NCBI GenBank assembly: GCA_965215275.1
Contig: OZ244044.1
Coordinates: 160,001-224,000 of the forward strand
Length of the DNA: 64,000 nt
Direction: 5' to 3'
Source of the DNA: Thermodesulfobacteriota bacterium
GTDB lineage: Bacteria; Desulfobacterota_D; UBA1144; Nemesobacterales; JAJCZQ01
Part shown: positions 1 to 12,174 of the stretch, one piece after another
Layout: each line of letters starts with the position of its first letter
Numbering within the stretch: position 1 is the first letter of the stretch
Translations under genes and position numbers: made by a program
The notes under the pieces: model-generated
What the model saw: the letters and a program-made list of their open reading frames with translations, nothing else
Databases searched by the model: none
What the model was told of the DNA's origin: nothing

Positions 1-9
1 AGGACGGCT

Positions 10-1008
10 ATGAACGAAGAAAGTCTAGGGTACTGGAATACCGTTTGGATAGAGTTTAAAAAAGACAGGATGGCTCTGATATCCTTGCTGTTCATTGTCT
101 TTATGGGTTTTATTGCGGTCTTTCAGGACCTTATTGCGGGCAGTAAACCCATTGTGTTAGTGGATAACGGAAAGCTTTATATGCCGGCAGTGTTCAGTTA
201 TCCGGAGTTAAGTGGCCTTGATATTAAAAAAGCGTATATGAACAGCAAAGATACTTTTGCAATATTTCCACCCGTTGCGTACAGTCCGACCGAAAGTGAC
301 CTGTATGCGATCCTGCAGGGTCCATCGACGGACCATCTGTTCGGTACGGACGACAGGGGCAGGGACGTGCTGAGCAGAATGGTACATGGCACAAGGGTTT
401 CTTTATCGATCGGAGTTATCGCGGTCGGGATATCCGTGCTGATCGGGATAGTCCTTGGAGCGGTCGCGGGTTATTACGGTGGAACGATAGATTTTATTAT
501 ATCGAGGCTGTTCGAGGTAATGATAACATTCCCCGTCTTTTTTCTGATACTTACGGTTCTTGCATTCAGCAATCCGAGCATTTATAACATTATGATAGTA
601 ATTGGTCTGACCAGCTGGACGGGAATTGCAAGACTTGTCAGGGGCGAGTTCCTGAAGTTCAGGAACTTTGCTTTCGTGGACGGTGCGGTAGCCCTTGGTG
701 GAAGCGACGTGAGAATAATATTCAGACATATCATGCCAAATTCCCTTGCCCCTGTTCTTGTAAGTGCGACTTTCGGGATCGCAGGAGCGATACTTGTTGA
801 ATCATCCCTCAGCTTTTTAGGCTTTGGCGTACCTCCTCCCGAACCCAGCTGGGGAGATACGCTTTCGCAGTCTCAGAAATACGTTGATTTTGCATGGTGG
901 CTGGTACTTTTTCCCGGACTGTTGATATTTGCGACCGTAACTTCTCTGAATCTTATAGGGGAAGGTTTCAGGAACGCGGTCGATCCGAAACTGAAGGATG
1001 CACGATGA
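10..1008 (+). CDS. oppC: Peptide/nickel ABC transporter permease (OppC/DppC family)
   Basis: HLFGTDDRGRDVLSR motif, RHIMPN motif, multiple TM segments; precedes two ABC ATPases. Confidence 0.9.
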   Translation: MNEESLGYWNTVWIEFKKDRMALISLLFIVFMGFIAVFQDLIAGSKPIVLVDNGKLYMPAVFSYPELSGLDIKKAYMNSKDTFAIFPPVAYSPTESDLYAILQGPSTDHLFGTDDRGRDVLSRMVHGTRVSLSIGVIAVGISVLIGIVLGAVAGYYGGTIDFIISRLFEVMITFPVFFLILTVLAFSNPSIYNIMIVIGLTSWTGIARLVRGEFLKFRNFAFVDGAVALGGSDVRIIFRHIMPNSLAPVLVSATFGIAGAILVESSLSFLGFGVPPPEPSWGDTLSQSQKYVDFAWWLVLFPGLLIFATVTSLNLIGEGFRNAVDPKLKDAR

Positions 1009-1991
1009 GTTCCAAAAATATACTGGAAGTTAAAGATCTGAGCGTGAGCTTTGGGGACGGTGAAAGCAGGTACGAGGTAGTAAGCGGCGTTTCTTTAAGC
1101 ATCCCCAGAGGTAAGATCATCTGCGTAGTTGGTGAAAGCGGGTGTGGAAAAACGGTAACTGCACTTTCCATAATGGGGCTCCTGCCGGTTCCTCCCGGGA
1201 AAGTGGAAAGTGGAGAGATAATCTTTGATGGCAGTAATTTACTTGAGCTGTCTGAAAAAAAGCTAAGAGAGTACAGAGGGAACAGACTGTCAATGATATT
1301 CCAGGAACCTGTAAGTTCATTTAACCCGGTTTTTACGGTAGGGGAGCAGATAGGGGAGGCGTTGAGGATACACAGAGGTCTGTCAAGGAGTGAAGAAAAG
1401 GAAAAAGTCACGGACCTGATGAAGACCGTTGGCATACCCGCGCCGGAAGCAAGGATAAGCAGCTATCCGCACGAACTAAGTGGAGGTATGTGCCAGAGGG
1501 CGATGATAGCTATGGCCCTTGCCTGTGATCCGGAACTTCTGATAGCCGATGAACCGACAACGGCTTTAGACGTGACCATTCAGGCGGAGATACTGCGGCT
1601 GATACTTCACCTGAGGGATATTACAGGGATGGCGGTCCTGCTTATAACCCATGACCTTGGAATAGTCTCTGAAGTTGCGGATGAGGTATACGTTGTTTAC
1701 GCCGGTAAAGTGGTTGAAAAGGGTACAAGGGACCTCGTGTTCAGTTCACCCTCACATCCTTATACCAAAGGGCTTATAAGTTCCATACCTTCTCTTGATA
1801 AGAAAGTGGAAGACCTGCCATCTATCCCCGGATACGTGCCTTCTCCGAAGAACCTGCCTTCCTCATGCAGATTTCAGGACAGGTGTGAGTACGTGATAGA
1901 TAAATGCAGGGATCAGGACCCTGACCTTAAAAAGGTAAGTCCTCTGCATTTTTCAGCGTGTCACAGGTCGGAAGAGATCTTAAAACGGTGA
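1005..1991 (+). CDS. oppD: Peptide ABC transporter ATP-binding protein (OppD/DppD)
   Basis: Walker [27 protein letters not shown]-terminal Cys domain; start moved to ATG 1005, which overlaps the oppC stop (ATGA). Confidence 0.9.
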   Translation: MSSKNILEVKDLSVSFGDGESRYEVVSGVSLSIPRGKIICVVGESGCGKTVTALSIMGLLPVPPGKVESGEIIFDGSNLLELSEKKLREYRGNRLSMIFQEPVSSFNPVFTVGEQIGEALRIHRGLSRSEEKEKVTDLMKTVGIPAPEARISSYPHELSGGMCQRAMIAMALACDPELLIADEPTTALDVTIQAEILRLILHLRDITGMAVLLITHDLGIVSEVADEVYVVYAGKVVEKGTRDLVFSSPSHPYTKGLISSIPSLDKKVEDLPSIPGYVPSPKNLPSSCRFQDRCEYVIDKCRDQDPDLKKVSPLHFSACHRSEEILKR

Positions 1992-1997
1992 TCGAAG

Positions 1998-2957
1998 ATG
2001 AAATTAGTTGAAATAAAAGGACTGAAAAAATACTTTCCGATAAAAAAAGGTATTTTCTCCAGGGTGTCTGATCACGTTAAGGCGGTCGATGGGGTTGATC
2101 TGAACATAGAAAAAGGTGCCACGCTGGGACTGGTAGGGGAGAGCGGGTGCGGTAAGTCCACTCTTGGTAAAACTGCAATAAGACTTCTTAACGCCACTGA
2201 CGGGCAGATAATGTTCGACGGTCGGGATATAACGAACATAGGTTCTTCTGCTTTAAGGCCCATCAGAAAGGATATGCAGATGATATTTCAGAACCCTTAT
2301 GGTTCTTTGAACCCCAGGATGAACGTGGAGGACCTTATTACCGAAGGTATGGATATTCACGACCTGCACGACAGATCAGAAAGAACGGGTGCGGCAGGTG
2401 ACTTGTTGGAAAAGGTCGGCTTGGCAAAAAGTTCACTTTATAAGTATCCTCACGAGTTCAGTGGCGGGCAGAGGCAGAGAATAGCGATTGCCAGGTCGCT
2501 TGCCGTGCAGCCTTCCTTTATTGTATGTGATGAACCCGTTTCCGCACTTGATGTATCGGTTCAGGCACAGATAATAAACCTGCTGGTATCCCTTCAGAGG
2601 GAGTTCGATCTGACCTACCTTTTTATCTCACATGATCTCAGGGTGGTAAAACACATAAGTGACCAGGTTGCAGTAATGTACCTGGGGAAAATAGTTGAAG
2701 TTGCAAGAAGTGAGGATATATACTCAAATCCTCTTCATCCATACACGCAGGTACTTATTTCTGCCATTCCGGACGTGATGAACAAAAAGATCGGTAAGAG
2801 GTCTTCTGTGACAGGGGATATTTCCAGTCCGATAGACCCTCCAAAAGGATGCAGTTTTCATCCAAGATGTCCGGTTGCCGAAGAAAAGTGCAGGAACATA
2901 GAGCCTGAACTAACCAATAAGGGAAAAGAGCACAGGGTGGCTTGTCATTTGGTTTAA
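1998..2957 (+). CDS. oppF: Peptide ABC transporter ATP-binding protein (OppF/DppF)
   Basis: GESGCGKST, FSGGQRQR, CDEPVSALD, GCSFHPRC...VACH tail. Confidence 0.9.
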   Translation: MKLVEIKGLKKYFPIKKGIFSRVSDHVKAVDGVDLNIEKGATLGLVGESGCGKSTLGKTAIRLLNATDGQIMFDGRDITNIGSSALRPIRKDMQMIFQNPYGSLNPRMNVEDLITEGMDIHDLHDRSERTGAAGDLLEKVGLAKSSLYKYPHEFSGGQRQRIAIARSLAVQPSFIVCDEPVSALDVSVQAQIINLLVSLQREFDLTYLFISHDLRVVKHISDQVAVMYLGKIVEVARSEDIYSNPLHPYTQVLISAIPDVMNKKIGKRSSVTGDISSPIDPPKGCSFHPRCPVAEEKCRNIEPELTNKGKEHRVACHLV

Positions 2958-3024
2958 GATAATGTTGTAATAGCAGTTATGTATGTTATATTGAACGGTT
3001 TAAATATTCTAACTGCTGGGAAAA

Positions 3025-3561
3025 ATGTTAATAAGGGTCGATCATATAACTGAAAAAGGGTTACCTCTGAAGGTTCAAAGGGGTGCAAGCTGGGTTACCA
3101 ATATCCTGGAGATAGTTACCGGGACGGAAGAACTGAGCTTAAATAAGGACATTGAGATCGATTGTAACGTAACTAAGGTTCAAAAGGATATAAGCGTGAG
3201 CGGTTTGATGCGATTTGGCATAAAGACCGTGTGTTACAGATGCTTAAAAGAGGTAGAACTGGACCTGCAGACGGATATAGACCTGATATTAAAGCCAAAG
3301 CATGAGTTCGAAAATGACCAGACCGATATCAGGCACGATCCTTATGAAGGGGAATCGGTGGACCTGTCGGACTATTTCAGAGAGCAGATCGCCATAAGTT
3401 TACCTTCCAGAGTGGTCTGCAGAGATATATGTGAAGGACTGTGTTCTGAATGTGGAACTGATCTCAACGTTGAAAGATGTAACTGTCAAAAAGGTTTAAA
3501 CGGTTCTGCTTTTAAGGTGTTGAAAGATATTAAATTTGAGAATAATTTGGGGAGAACATAA
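3025..3561 (+). CDS. yceD: DUF177/YceD family protein
   Basis: CxRC and CxxxCxGLCxxCGxDLN motifs; directly upstream of rpmF. Confidence 0.85.
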   Translation: MLIRVDHITEKGLPLKVQRGASWVTNILEIVTGTEELSLNKDIEIDCNVTKVQKDISVSGLMRFGIKTVCYRCLKEVELDLQTDIDLILKPKHEFENDQTDIRHDPYEGESVDLSDYFREQIAISLPSRVVCRDICEGLCSECGTDLNVERCNCQKGLNGSAFKVLKDIKFENNLGRT

Positions 3562-3563
3562 AA

Positions 3564-3764
3564 ATGGCACTGCCAAAAAGAAAAAAATCAAGGTCAAAGT
3601 CGAGAAAGAGACGAACACACTATAAGGTAAGCGTTCCCGGTCAGTCCTTGTGTCCGAGTTGCGGAGAGAAAAAACCTCCCCACAGGGTATGTCCGAGCTG
3701 TGGTTTCTACAAGGGCAGAACGTTCAGTAAGCAGGAAGAGGAGAGCGGGGAAGAAGCCGAATAA
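3564..3764 (+). CDS. rpmF: 50S ribosomal protein L32 (Zn-binding form)
   Basis: [22 protein letters not shown]...[13 protein letters not shown]. Confidence 0.95.
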   Translation: MALPKRKKSRSKSRKRRTHYKVSVPGQSLCPSCGEKKPPHRVCPSCGFYKGRTFSKQEEESGEEAE

Positions 3765-3799
3765 TAGCGAATCTATAATAAAACAGATAAACGTATAAC

Positions 3800-4732
3800 A
3801 TGAGAGCTTTTGTTTTTCCAGGTCAGGGAGCACAATACATTGGAATGGGTGGTGAGTTCTACAGGCAGTTCCCCGTTGCCAGGCATACCTTTGAGGAAGC
3901 AGGGGACGTACTGGGCTTTAACCTGGCAAGGTTATGTTTTGAAGGGGAGCCGGACGAACTGAACTTAACGGCTAATGCGCAGCCGGCGATCCTAAGTACA
4001 AGTATTGCAGCTCTGAGAGTACTGGATCAGGAAACTGACATCGTTCCGGATCTTGTTGCGGGACACAGCCTGGGTGAATATTCGGCACTTGTGGCTTCTG
4101 GTGCTTTAAACTTTAAGGATGCCGTTCATACAGTCAGAAAACGTGGTGAATTTATGCAAAGTGCCGTTCCGGTCGGGGCAGGTTCAATGGCCGCTGTGAT
4201 AGGATTATCAGCCGAAGAAGTGGAAGGCATTTGCCAGCAGGTATCGTCTGACGACAGCGTTGTAAGCTGTGCGAATTACAATTCACCTAAGCAGACCGTT
4301 ATATCGGGACACGGGAAAGCGGTTCAGGAAGTTTCCGGAATGTTGAAGAAAGCGGGAGCAAAACGTGTCGTTCCATTAGCAGTAAGTGCTCCTTTTCATT
4401 GCAGCCTGATGGATAAAGCAGCAAGGAACCTCTCGGAAGTCCTGAATGACGTTCAGATAATGGATATGAGAACGCCCGTTGTCACCAACGTGGAAGCCGT
4501 GGCCAATACCGATAAGAACAGAGTAAAGGACCTGCTCGTTCAGCAGGTCGTCAAACCTGTCAGGTGGTTTGCCTCAATGGAATACCTGTATGATCAGAAG
4601 GTCACTGATTTTATGGAGATAGGTCCGGGCAACGTGTTGACGGGACTGATCAGAAGGACACTGAAAGGAGTAAATTTGGTAAATATTGAAAATATAAGCC
4701 AGCTGGACCACGTTAGAACAAATGGGATTTAA
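3800..4732 (+). CDS. fabD: Malonyl-CoA:ACP transacylase
   Basis: FPGQGAQ, catalytic GHSLGEY, VSAPFH. Confidence 0.95.
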   Translation: MRAFVFPGQGAQYIGMGGEFYRQFPVARHTFEEAGDVLGFNLARLCFEGEPDELNLTANAQPAILSTSIAALRVLDQETDIVPDLVAGHSLGEYSALVASGALNFKDAVHTVRKRGEFMQSAVPVGAGSMAAVIGLSAEEVEGICQQVSSDDSVVSCANYNSPKQTVISGHGKAVQEVSGMLKKAGAKRVVPLAVSAPFHCSLMDKAARNLSEVLNDVQIMDMRTPVVTNVEAVANTDKNRVKDLLVQQVVKPVRWFASMEYLYDQKVTDFMEIGPGNVLTGLIRRTLKGVNLVNIENISQLDHVRTNGI

Positions 4733-5465
4733 AGACAAGGTTGCACTTATAACAGGGGCGTCGCGAGGGATCGGAAGAGAAATTGCAGTGGACTTAGCAT
4801 CCAAAGGTGCTGTGGTTATCCTGAACTATATAAAAAGCGGTGAGTCGGCAGAAAAGACCATGAGAGAGATAAAAGAGAAGGGTGGTAATGCCGTTCTGTC
4901 CCAGTTTAACGTTGGCGATTATAAGGAAGTGCAGGGTCGTGTCAGTGCCTTGATCAATGATTTTGGTAAGATCGACCTGCTTGTGAACAACGCCGGGATC
5001 ACCAAGGACAAGATGTTTTTGAGAATGACTGACCAGGACTGGGATTCAGTGTTCGATACGAACATAAAGGGTGTTTTTAACTGTACCAAGTTCGTTATAA
5101 GGAATATGAGCAGGAACAGATATGGAAGGATCGTTAATATAGTATCGGTCGTGGGAGAGATGGGTAACGCAGGTCAGGTAAATTACTCCTCAACGAAAGC
5201 CGGTCTGATAGGGTTTACCAAGTCAGTTGCAAAGGAATTCGCGTCAAGGGGAATAACGGTTAACGCGGTAAGTCCTGGTTTTATTGAGACGGATATTACA
5301 AAAGACCTGTCCCTTGACTTAAAAGAGAAATATTTGGATTCTATTCCATTAGGCAGATTTGGTCAGCCTGAGGACGTATCGGGGATCGTAACGTTTTTAT
5401 TATCCGACAATGCGTCGTATATTACAGGTGAAGTTATAAGGGTCAATGGTGGATTGTATATATAG
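4722..5465 (+). CDS. fabG: 3-oxoacyl-ACP reductase
   Basis: TGASRGIG, NNAGITKD, YSSTK; fab operon context. Confidence 0.95.
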   Translation: MGFKDKVALITGASRGIGREIAVDLASKGAVVILNYIKSGESAEKTMREIKEKGGNAVLSQFNVGDYKEVQGRVSALINDFGKIDLLVNNAGITKDKMFLRMTDQDWDSVFDTNIKGVFNCTKFVIRNMSRNRYGRIVNIVSVVGEMGNAGQVNYSSTKAGLIGFTKSVAKEFASRGITVNAVSPGFIETDITKDLSLDLKEKYLDSIPLGRFGQPEDVSGIVTFLLSDNASYITGEVIRVNGGLYI

Positions 5466-5515
5466 ACTGTGTTTAAATAGTTAAGTAAAATGAAAATAAT
5501 TTTAGGAGGTTTTTG

Positions 5516-5758
5516 ATGTCGGAACAGGAAATATTGGAAAAGGTTAAGGAACTGGTTGCCAGTCAACTGGGAAAATCGAAAGATGAGGTAACGCCGGAAT
5601 CTTCATTTATTGAAGATCTGGACGCGGACTCACTGGATCTGGTCGAACTCATTATGTCAATGGAAGATGAATACGGGTTAGAGATATCAGATGAGGACGC
5701 AGAGAATATCACGACCGTAAAAGATGCGGTTAAGTTCATTGCAAAACACGCGGAATAG
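5516..5758 (+). CDS. acpP: Acyl carrier protein
   Basis: [12 protein letters not shown] phosphopantetheine site; AGGAGG RBS upstream. Confidence 0.95.
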   Translation: MSEQEILEKVKELVASQLGKSKDEVTPESSFIEDLDADSLDLVELIMSMEDEYGLEISDEDAENITTVKDAVKFIAKHAE

Positions 5759-6994
5759 ATGAGCAGGAAGAGGGTGGTTATAACTGGTGTCGGGCTTGTG
5801 ACACCTCTTGGCGTGGGTACTGCAAGCACCTGGGAATCTATCTGTAAGGGACAGAGCGGGATCACAAGGATACATAAGTTCGATCCCACCGATCATAAGA
5901 CCAAAATAGCGGGACAGATCAGCGATTTTGATCCGTTAAAGTACGTTAATTCCAAAGAAGCAAAGAGGAATGACGAATTTATTAATTTTTCGATCGCGGC
6001 TACAAAGCTCTCCCTTGAGGATGCCGGTCTCGAAATAGACGACAGGCTTTCCCCTATGGCCGGTTGCATAATCTCTTCCGGGATCGGGGGAATGCGCAGC
6101 TATTACGAAACCGTTATGACCGTGGAAAACAAAGGACCGTCACGGATGTCGCCTTTTTTCATTCCTAATATCATTACGAACATGGCCGCTGGGTACGCGT
6201 CGATAATCTTTAATGCAAAGGGACCTAACTGTTGCACGACCACTGCCTGTGCGGCAAGTGGTCACGCGCTGACCGTGTCACAGATGCTTATTCAGAGAGG
6301 GGATGCTCACGTAATGATCACGGGAGGTACGGAGGCCCCTATCATCCCGATAACGGTTGGTGGTTTTAACGCAATGAGGGCCCTTTCTACAAGGAACGAT
6401 GATCCGGAGGCTGCCTCGCGTCCTTTTGATAAGGACAGGGATGGGTTCGTTATATCCGAGGGTGCTGGTACTTTGATCCTTGAGGAACTGGAGCATGCAA
6501 AAAAACGTGGTGCGAAGATCTATGCCGAACTGCTTGGAAGCGGAATGACCGGGGACGCGGGACATATAACAGCTCCGACCCTTGACGGACCGGTAAGGTC
6601 GATGACAGGTGCTCTTCGGGACGCCGGGATAGGACCTGATGAAGTTGATTATATAAATGCCCATGGTACTTCAACGGCTTTAAATGACGTCAATGAGACC
6701 AATGCAGTAAAAGAAGTATTTGGTGAACGTGCTTACAAGATCCCCGTCAGTTCCACCAAGTCCATGACGGGTCATATGCTGGGTGCGGCGGGCGTTGTTG
6801 AAGCCATTATATCATCTTTGTCCATTTACAACAGCGTGGTCCCTCCTACCATAAACCTTTGTGAACCCGATCCGGAGTGCGATCTGGATTACGTGCCTAA
6901 TGAAATGAGAGAAAGCAGGATCAGGACCGTAATGAGCAACTCGTACGGTTTTGGAGGCACTAATTCAAGTGTAGTGTTAAGACGGTTTGATTAG
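5759..6994 (+). CDS. fabF: 3-oxoacyl-ACP synthase II
   Basis: TACAAS, INAHGTST, KSMTGHMLGAAG, SNSYGFGGTN. Confidence 0.95.
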   Translation: MSRKRVVITGVGLVTPLGVGTASTWESICKGQSGITRIHKFDPTDHKTKIAGQISDFDPLKYVNSKEAKRNDEFINFSIAATKLSLEDAGLEIDDRLSPMAGCIISSGIGGMRSYYETVMTVENKGPSRMSPFFIPNIITNMAAGYASIIFNAKGPNCCTTTACAASGHALTVSQMLIQRGDAHVMITGGTEAPIIPITVGGFNAMRALSTRNDDPEAASRPFDKDRDGFVISEGAGTLILEELEHAKKRGAKIYAELLGSGMTGDAGHITAPTLDGPVRSMTGALRDAGIGPDEVDYINAHGTSTALNDVNETNAVKEVFGERAYKIPVSSTKSMTGHMLGAAGVVEAIISSLSIYNSVVPPTINLCEPDPECDLDYVPNEMRESRIRTVMSNSYGFGGTNSSVVLRRFD

Positions 6995-7037
6995 ACCGCT
7001 AGGTTAAGGAACGTTCTGAAAAACTTAAGGAATAAGT

Positions 7038-7075
7038 TAAGCTCCGGTCACGGCAGGACCGAGAGCTTATTCTAA
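7038..7075 (+). terminator. Hairpin after fabF, possible terminator
   Basis: TAAGCTC-CGGTC/GACCG-A-GAGCTTA inverted repeat followed by a T-rich stretch. Confidence 0.45.
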
Positions 7076-7091
7076 TTTAAAAAGGTGCAAA

Positions 7092-9776
7092 ATGTCCATT
7101 AATAAAATTAACGATTTAAAAACTAAAATTAAAGCTGGGGGAAAAAGTTACGATATATTTTCGTTAAAGCTCCTTGAAAAAAGCACGGGTCATGACCTGT
7201 CCGTTCTTCCGGTTTCCATAAAGGTACTGCTTGAGAACATTATAAGGAACTATGATGGAAAGATCGTCAACGACGACCACATTGAGCTTCTGGCAAACTG
7301 GGATGCTGGTAACAGCGAGCCAAAGGAGATCCCCTACAAACCAGCAAGGGTAATTCTTCAGGACTTTACCGGTGTACCATGCGTGGTGGACCTTGCTTCA
7401 ATGAGGTCGACCGTAAACGCCCTGGGCGGAGACCCGGACAGGATAAATCCGATCGTCCCCGTTGACCTGGTGATCGATCACTCCGTTCAGGTCGATCATT
7501 TTGCAAAAGAGGATGCCTTTCAGAAAAACGTGAGCCGTGAGTATGAAAGGAACGAGGAAAGATATCAGTTTTTAAAGTGGGCCCAGGAGTCCTTTGATAA
7601 TTTCAGGGTGGTACCTCCCGGTAACGGTATCGTCCATCAGGTAAATCTTGAACGATTGGCCAGTGTAATTACGACGGAAAAAACTGACGGCAGTACGGTC
7701 GCTTTCCCGGACACCCTGGTCGGGACCGACTCCCATACGACCATGATAAACGGTCTTAGCGTCCTGGGATGGGGAGTTGGAGGGATTGAAGCAGAGGCGT
7801 GTATGCTCGGACAACCTCTGTACATGCTGGTGCCGGACGTTGTAGGTTTCAAGCTCAGCGGGCGACTGAGGGACGGGGTAACTGCTACTGACCTTGTACT
7901 GAACGTGACGGAAATACTAAGAAAAAAGGGAGTGGTAGGAAAGTTCGTTGAGTTTTACGGTCCCGGTCTGAGCTGTATGACGCTGTCGGATAAAGCTACT
8001 ATTGCCAATATGGCACCTGAGTACGGAGCAACTATGGGATTTTTCCCAGTGGATGCGGAGACGATCAGATACCTGCGGACGACCGGAAGAGATAAGGAAC
8101 TGACAGACCTGGTCGAAATATATACAAAAGAACAGGGTATGTTCAGGGATGACGATACACCGGATCCGCTGTACACGGACGTAGTAGAGCTTGATATATC
8201 AACGGTGGAACCATCTCTGGCGGGTCCAAATCGGCCCCAGGACAGGATAGACCTGAAGAACATGAAAGGCGTTTATGAAAAGAACTTCCTGGAAAGGTCA
8301 GGTTCGGGCAGGCAAAGGTCAGTTGATATTGAAATGAACGGTCATGCTGATAAGATCGGGGACGGTTCAGTGGTCATAGCGGCTATAACCAGTTGTACCA
8401 ATACTTCAAATCCTTCGGTTATGATAGCTTCCGGACTTGTTGCAAAAAAAGCCGTTCAGCTCGGTCTGACCGTTAATCCGTGGGTCAAGACCAGTCTGGC
8501 CCCGGGTTCAAGGGTCGTAACGGACTACCTGAAGGCATCTGGATTACTGCCGTACCTGGACCAGCTCGGGTTCAATCTGGTCGGTTACGGGTGCACCACA
8601 TGTATCGGTAACAGTGGCCCTCTCCCTGACGAAGTTGAGACAGCTATTAAAGAAAATGATCTGACGTGTGCGTCGGTACTGAGCGGGAACAGGAACTTTG
8701 AGGGCAGGGTGCATCCGCACGTCAAGTTCTCATATCTTGCCTCACCTCCACTTGTCGTGTCCTACGCACTTGCGGGAACTGTGGATAAAGACCTTACAAA
8801 AGAACCCCTGGCCAGGGATAAGGAAGGTAATGACGTATATCTGAAGGACGTCTGGCCAGCACAGCAGGAGATAGATGAAATACTGTCGGGCTTTATAACT
8901 CCTGATATGTTCAGAGATCAGTACGAGACGGTCTTTTCCGGCGATCATCAATGGAAGTCCCTGCTGGCACCGTCCGGTAATCTGTATGAATGGGAACCGG
9001 GTTCCACCTATATACAGAATCCTCCTTTTTTCAAGGATTTTTCATTAAGCGAGAACGACCCGTCCGATATCAGTGGTGCTCACGTACTTGCCCTGTTAGG
9101 GGATTCCATTACGACCGACCATATCTCTCCAGCCGGGTCCATACCGGCGTACGGACCGGCAGGAAAGTATTTAATATCAAAAGATGTCATACAGAGGGAC
9201 TTTAACAGCTTCGGTTCGAGAAGGGGTAATCATGAGGTGATGATAAGGGGCACTTTTGCAAATATAAGGATCAGGAACAAGATGGTTGAAGGTACTGAAG
9301 GGGGAGTTACGCTGCACGTTCCCTCGGAAGAAGTTATGAGCATCTATGAGGCATCTGAAAGGTACATTGCAGATAACGTTCCGTTGATCGTGATCGGCGG
9401 TAAGGAATACGGCACTGGAAGTTCAAGGGACTGGGCGGCAAAGGGAACAATGCTCCTTGGTGTTAGATGCGTTATTGCCGAGAGCTTTGAAAGGATACAC
9501 AGGAGCAATCTGGTCGGTATGGGCGTTTTGCCCCTTCAGTTCAAGGATGGTGAGAGTGCCGGTACCCATGGCCTGACCGGACTGGAACAGTACGATATCT
9601 CCGGAATATCGGATGGACTGGACCCGAACAAAGTGCTCATGGTCAGTGCTGCTGACGTCAGCAGTGGAAGTATCAGGGAGTTTGAAGTGATCTGCAGATT
9701 GGACAGTCCGGTCGAAGTCGATTACTTCAGAAATGGAGGGATACTGCAGACGGTTCTGAAGCAATTGGTCTCGTAA
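7092..9776 (+). CDS. acnA: Aconitate hydratase A
   Basis: [46 protein letters not shown]. Confidence 0.97.
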   Translation: MSINKINDLKTKIKAGGKSYDIFSLKLLEKSTGHDLSVLPVSIKVLLENIIRNYDGKIVNDDHIELLANWDAGNSEPKEIPYKPARVILQDFTGVPCVVDLASMRSTVNALGGDPDRINPIVPVDLVIDHSVQVDHFAKEDAFQKNVSREYERNEERYQFLKWAQESFDNFRVVPPGNGIVHQVNLERLASVITTEKTDGSTVAFPDTLVGTDSHTTMINGLSVLGWGVGGIEAEACMLGQPLYMLVPDVVGFKLSGRLRDGVTATDLVLNVTEILRKKGVVGKFVEFYGPGLSCMTLSDKATIANMAPEYGATMGFFPVDAETIRYLRTTGRDKELTDLVEIYTKEQGMFRDDDTPDPLYTDVVELDISTVEPSLAGPNRPQDRIDLKNMKGVYEKNFLERSGSGRQRSVDIEMNGHADKIGDGSVVIAAITSCTNTSNPSVMIASGLVAKKAVQLGLTVNPWVKTSLAPGSRVVTDYLKASGLLPYLDQLGFNLVGYGCTTCIGNSGPLPDEVETAIKENDLTCASVLSGNRNFEGRVHPHVKFSYLASPPLVVSYALAGTVDKDLTKEPLARDKEGNDVYLKDVWPAQQEIDEILSGFITPDMFRDQYETVFSGDHQWKSLLAPSGNLYEWEPGSTYIQNPPFFKDFSLSENDPSDISGAHVLALLGDSITTDHISPAGSIPAYGPAGKYLISKDVIQRDFNSFGSRRGNHEVMIRGTFANIRIRNKMVEGTEGGVTLHVPSEEVMSIYEASERYIADNVPLIVIGGKEYGTGSSRDWAAKGTMLLGVRCVIAESFERIHRSNLVGMGVLPLQFKDGESAGTHGLTGLEQYDISGISDGLDPNKVLMVSAADVSSGSIREFEVICRLDSPVEVDYFRNGGILQTVLKQLVS

Positions 9777-9837
9777 GTTGCAAAGTGGCTTTTTTTGATT
9801 ATATTTACCTTAAATTTGATTTAATCAGGAGATAGAT

Positions 9838-11076
9838 ATGTCTACATTAGACGCGGAAAAGATAACGATCGATGAAAACAAGAAAAAGTTAGTGATCCCG
9901 GACAGGCCGATCATACCTTTTATTGAAGGTGACGGCACGGGTCCCGATATATGGCGTGCTTCGCAGTTTGTGTTCGATGCTGCCGTGAAAAAAGCGTACA
10001 AGGGACAAAAAGAGATCGTATGGCATGAAGTATTGGCGGGAGAAAAGGCTTACGAACAGACTGGTGAATGGCTCCCGGATAAAACACTGGAAGATATAAG
10101 GGAGTACGTAGTTGCGATAAAAGGCCCCCTGACGACCCCCGTAGGTGGCGGGATCAGAAGTCTGAACGTTGCTTTGAGACAGCTTCTGGACCTGTACGCC
10201 TGTGTAAGACCGGTCAGGTGGATAAAAGGAACGCCTAACCCGGTTAAAAACCCTGAAAAACTGGACGTTATCATATTCAGAGAGAACACGGAGGACGTGT
10301 ATTCGGGGATCGAGTGGGAAAGCGGTACGGAAGATGCAGAAGCTATAAGACAGTTCTTGGTTGACAATTATGATGTAAATATAAGAGAAAGATCGGGAAT
10401 AGGAATTAAACCTATAAGTCCCTTTGGAACTAAAAGGCTGGTTAAAAAGGCCATCGAATATGCGATAGATTACAGCAGAAAAAGCGTTACTTTCGTACAC
10501 AAGGGCAATATCATGAAATTTACCGAAGGTGCGTTCAGGGAATGGGGCTATGAGATAGCCAAAGAGGAGTTTGGAGATATTACGATCACGGAGGATGAAC
10601 TCTGGGATAATTTCAACGGGAAGATGCCCGAAGGTAAGATATTAATTAAGGACAGGATCGCTGATAATATGTTCCAGCAGGTACTGACAAGACCTAATGA
10701 GTACGACGTCGTTGCCATGCCTAATCTGAACGGCGACTATATGTCCGATGCCTGTGCCGCTCAGGTTGGTGGATTGGGGGTTGCTCCTGGTGGAAATATA
10801 GGGGATTATCTCGCCGTGTTCGAAGCAACCCATGGTACGGCCCCTAAATATGCCGGTCAGGATAAGGTCAATCCCGGTTCGGTGATACTTTCAGGAGTGA
10901 TGATGTTCCAGTATCTTGGATGGAACGAGGCCGCGGACCTTACCGTAAAGGCAATGGAAAAAACGGTACTTAACAAGACGGTCACTTATGATCTGGAACG
11001 CCAGATGGAAGGGGCCACCTTGCTCAAGTGTTCTGAATATGGAGAAGCTATAGTTGAGAATATGGACAAGGTCTGA
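9838..11076 (+). CDS. icd: Isocitrate dehydrogenase (dimeric, E. coli-like)
   Basis: [50 protein letters not shown]. Confidence 0.95.
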   Translation: MSTLDAEKITIDENKKKLVIPDRPIIPFIEGDGTGPDIWRASQFVFDAAVKKAYKGQKEIVWHEVLAGEKAYEQTGEWLPDKTLEDIREYVVAIKGPLTTPVGGGIRSLNVALRQLLDLYACVRPVRWIKGTPNPVKNPEKLDVIIFRENTEDVYSGIEWESGTEDAEAIRQFLVDNYDVNIRERSGIGIKPISPFGTKRLVKKAIEYAIDYSRKSVTFVHKGNIMKFTEGAFREWGYEIAKEEFGDITITEDELWDNFNGKMPEGKILIKDRIADNMFQQVLTRPNEYDVVAMPNLNGDYMSDACAAQVGGLGVAPGGNIGDYLAVFEATHGTAPKYAGQDKVNPGSVILSGVMMFQYLGWNEAADLTVKAMEKTVLNKTVTYDLERQMEGATLLKCSEYGEAIVENMDKV

Positions 11077-11127
11077 CCGGTCGGCTTTTCTTAAAAACCA
11101 AACCTTCATGTAGGAGAAAGTCCCGTA

Positions 11128-12069
11128 ATGAATAGAAATAAGATATCAGTTATAGGTGCAGGTAACGTTGGTGCATCAGCTGCTTTTCAGATCGCCGGTA
11201 ATGAACTGGCGGACGTTGTTCTGGTCGATATAATGGACGGTATGCCTCAGGGAAAGGCACTTGATCTTTATCAGATGTGTCCGGTTATCGGATCTGACGT
11301 TGAACTCGTTGGAGGCACTGACTACGAAGCCACGAAGAATTCGGATGTGGTCATCATAACGTCCGGTATTCCAAGAAAACCCGGTATGAGCAGAGATGAT
11401 CTGATATCAACGAACACCAGGGTAGTGAAGGAAGTTACTGAGAACGTCGTTAAGAATTCACCTGACGCTGTTTTAATACTCGTTACCAATCCGCTTGATG
11501 CCATGACGTACGTTGCACACAAGGTCAGTGGATTTCCAAAACAGAGAGTGATGGGAATGGCAGGTGTACTGGATTCGGCAAGGTTCAGGACCTTCATAGC
11601 GATGGAACTGGGCGTGTCGGTGGAGAACATACAGGCGTTCGTTTTAGGTGGTCATGGGGACGATATGGTACCACTTGCCAGATATACCACGGTGGCGGGT
11701 ATCCCTATTACCGAGTTAATGGACCAGAGTACTATAGATGCAATAATCGAAAGGACCAGAAAAGGCGGAGCAGAGATAGTCGGGCTTTTAAAGACCGGTA
11801 GTGCCTTCTATGCTCCCGGTATATCGGCCGTTGAAATGGCCGAGGCCATACTTAAGGATAAAAAGAAGATCCTGCCGTGCTGCGTGCTCGCTGAGGGAGA
11901 GTACGGGATCGAAAATACCTTTGTCGGACTGCCGGTCAAACTGGGCAGAGGTGGGGTTGAGGAGATAGTACAGATAAACTTAAAGGAAGAAGAAAGCGAG
12001 GAATTAAAAGTTTCAGCGGGCCACGTCAGTGAACTCTGTAAAGTGATAGACGATTCCGGTCTGGTATAG
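11128..12069 (+). CDS. mdh: Malate dehydrogenase (LDH-like)
   Basis: [31 protein letters not shown] context. Confidence 0.95.
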   Translation: MNRNKISVIGAGNVGASAAFQIAGNELADVVLVDIMDGMPQGKALDLYQMCPVIGSDVELVGGTDYEATKNSDVVIITSGIPRKPGMSRDDLISTNTRVVKEVTENVVKNSPDAVLILVTNPLDAMTYVAHKVSGFPKQRVMGMAGVLDSARFRTFIAMELGVSVENIQAFVLGGHGDDMVPLARYTTVAGIPITELMDQSTIDAIIERTRKGGAEIVGLLKTGSAFYAPGISAVEMAEAILKDKKKILPCCVLAEGEYGIENTFVGLPVKLGRGGVEEIVQINLKEEESEELKVSAGHVSELCKVIDDSGLV

Positions 12070-12174
12070 CATAGATATAATGCTTGTGTGATATTTTACT
12101 GAATTGGTTATTTCTTAACAAAACACAATAACTTCAAACCTTAACTACTTGTAATTATTAGTGGAGAGAATTTA

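Noticed and set aside
894..1004. N-terminal extension of the oppD ORF in the track
   Set aside because: Overlaps oppC; the ATGA-coupled start at 1005 gives a normal OppD
9889..10500. 203-aa antisense ORF and the many similar shadow ORFs over housekeeping genes
   Set aside because: They lie wholly opposite or within well-supported genes and show no recognisable motifs
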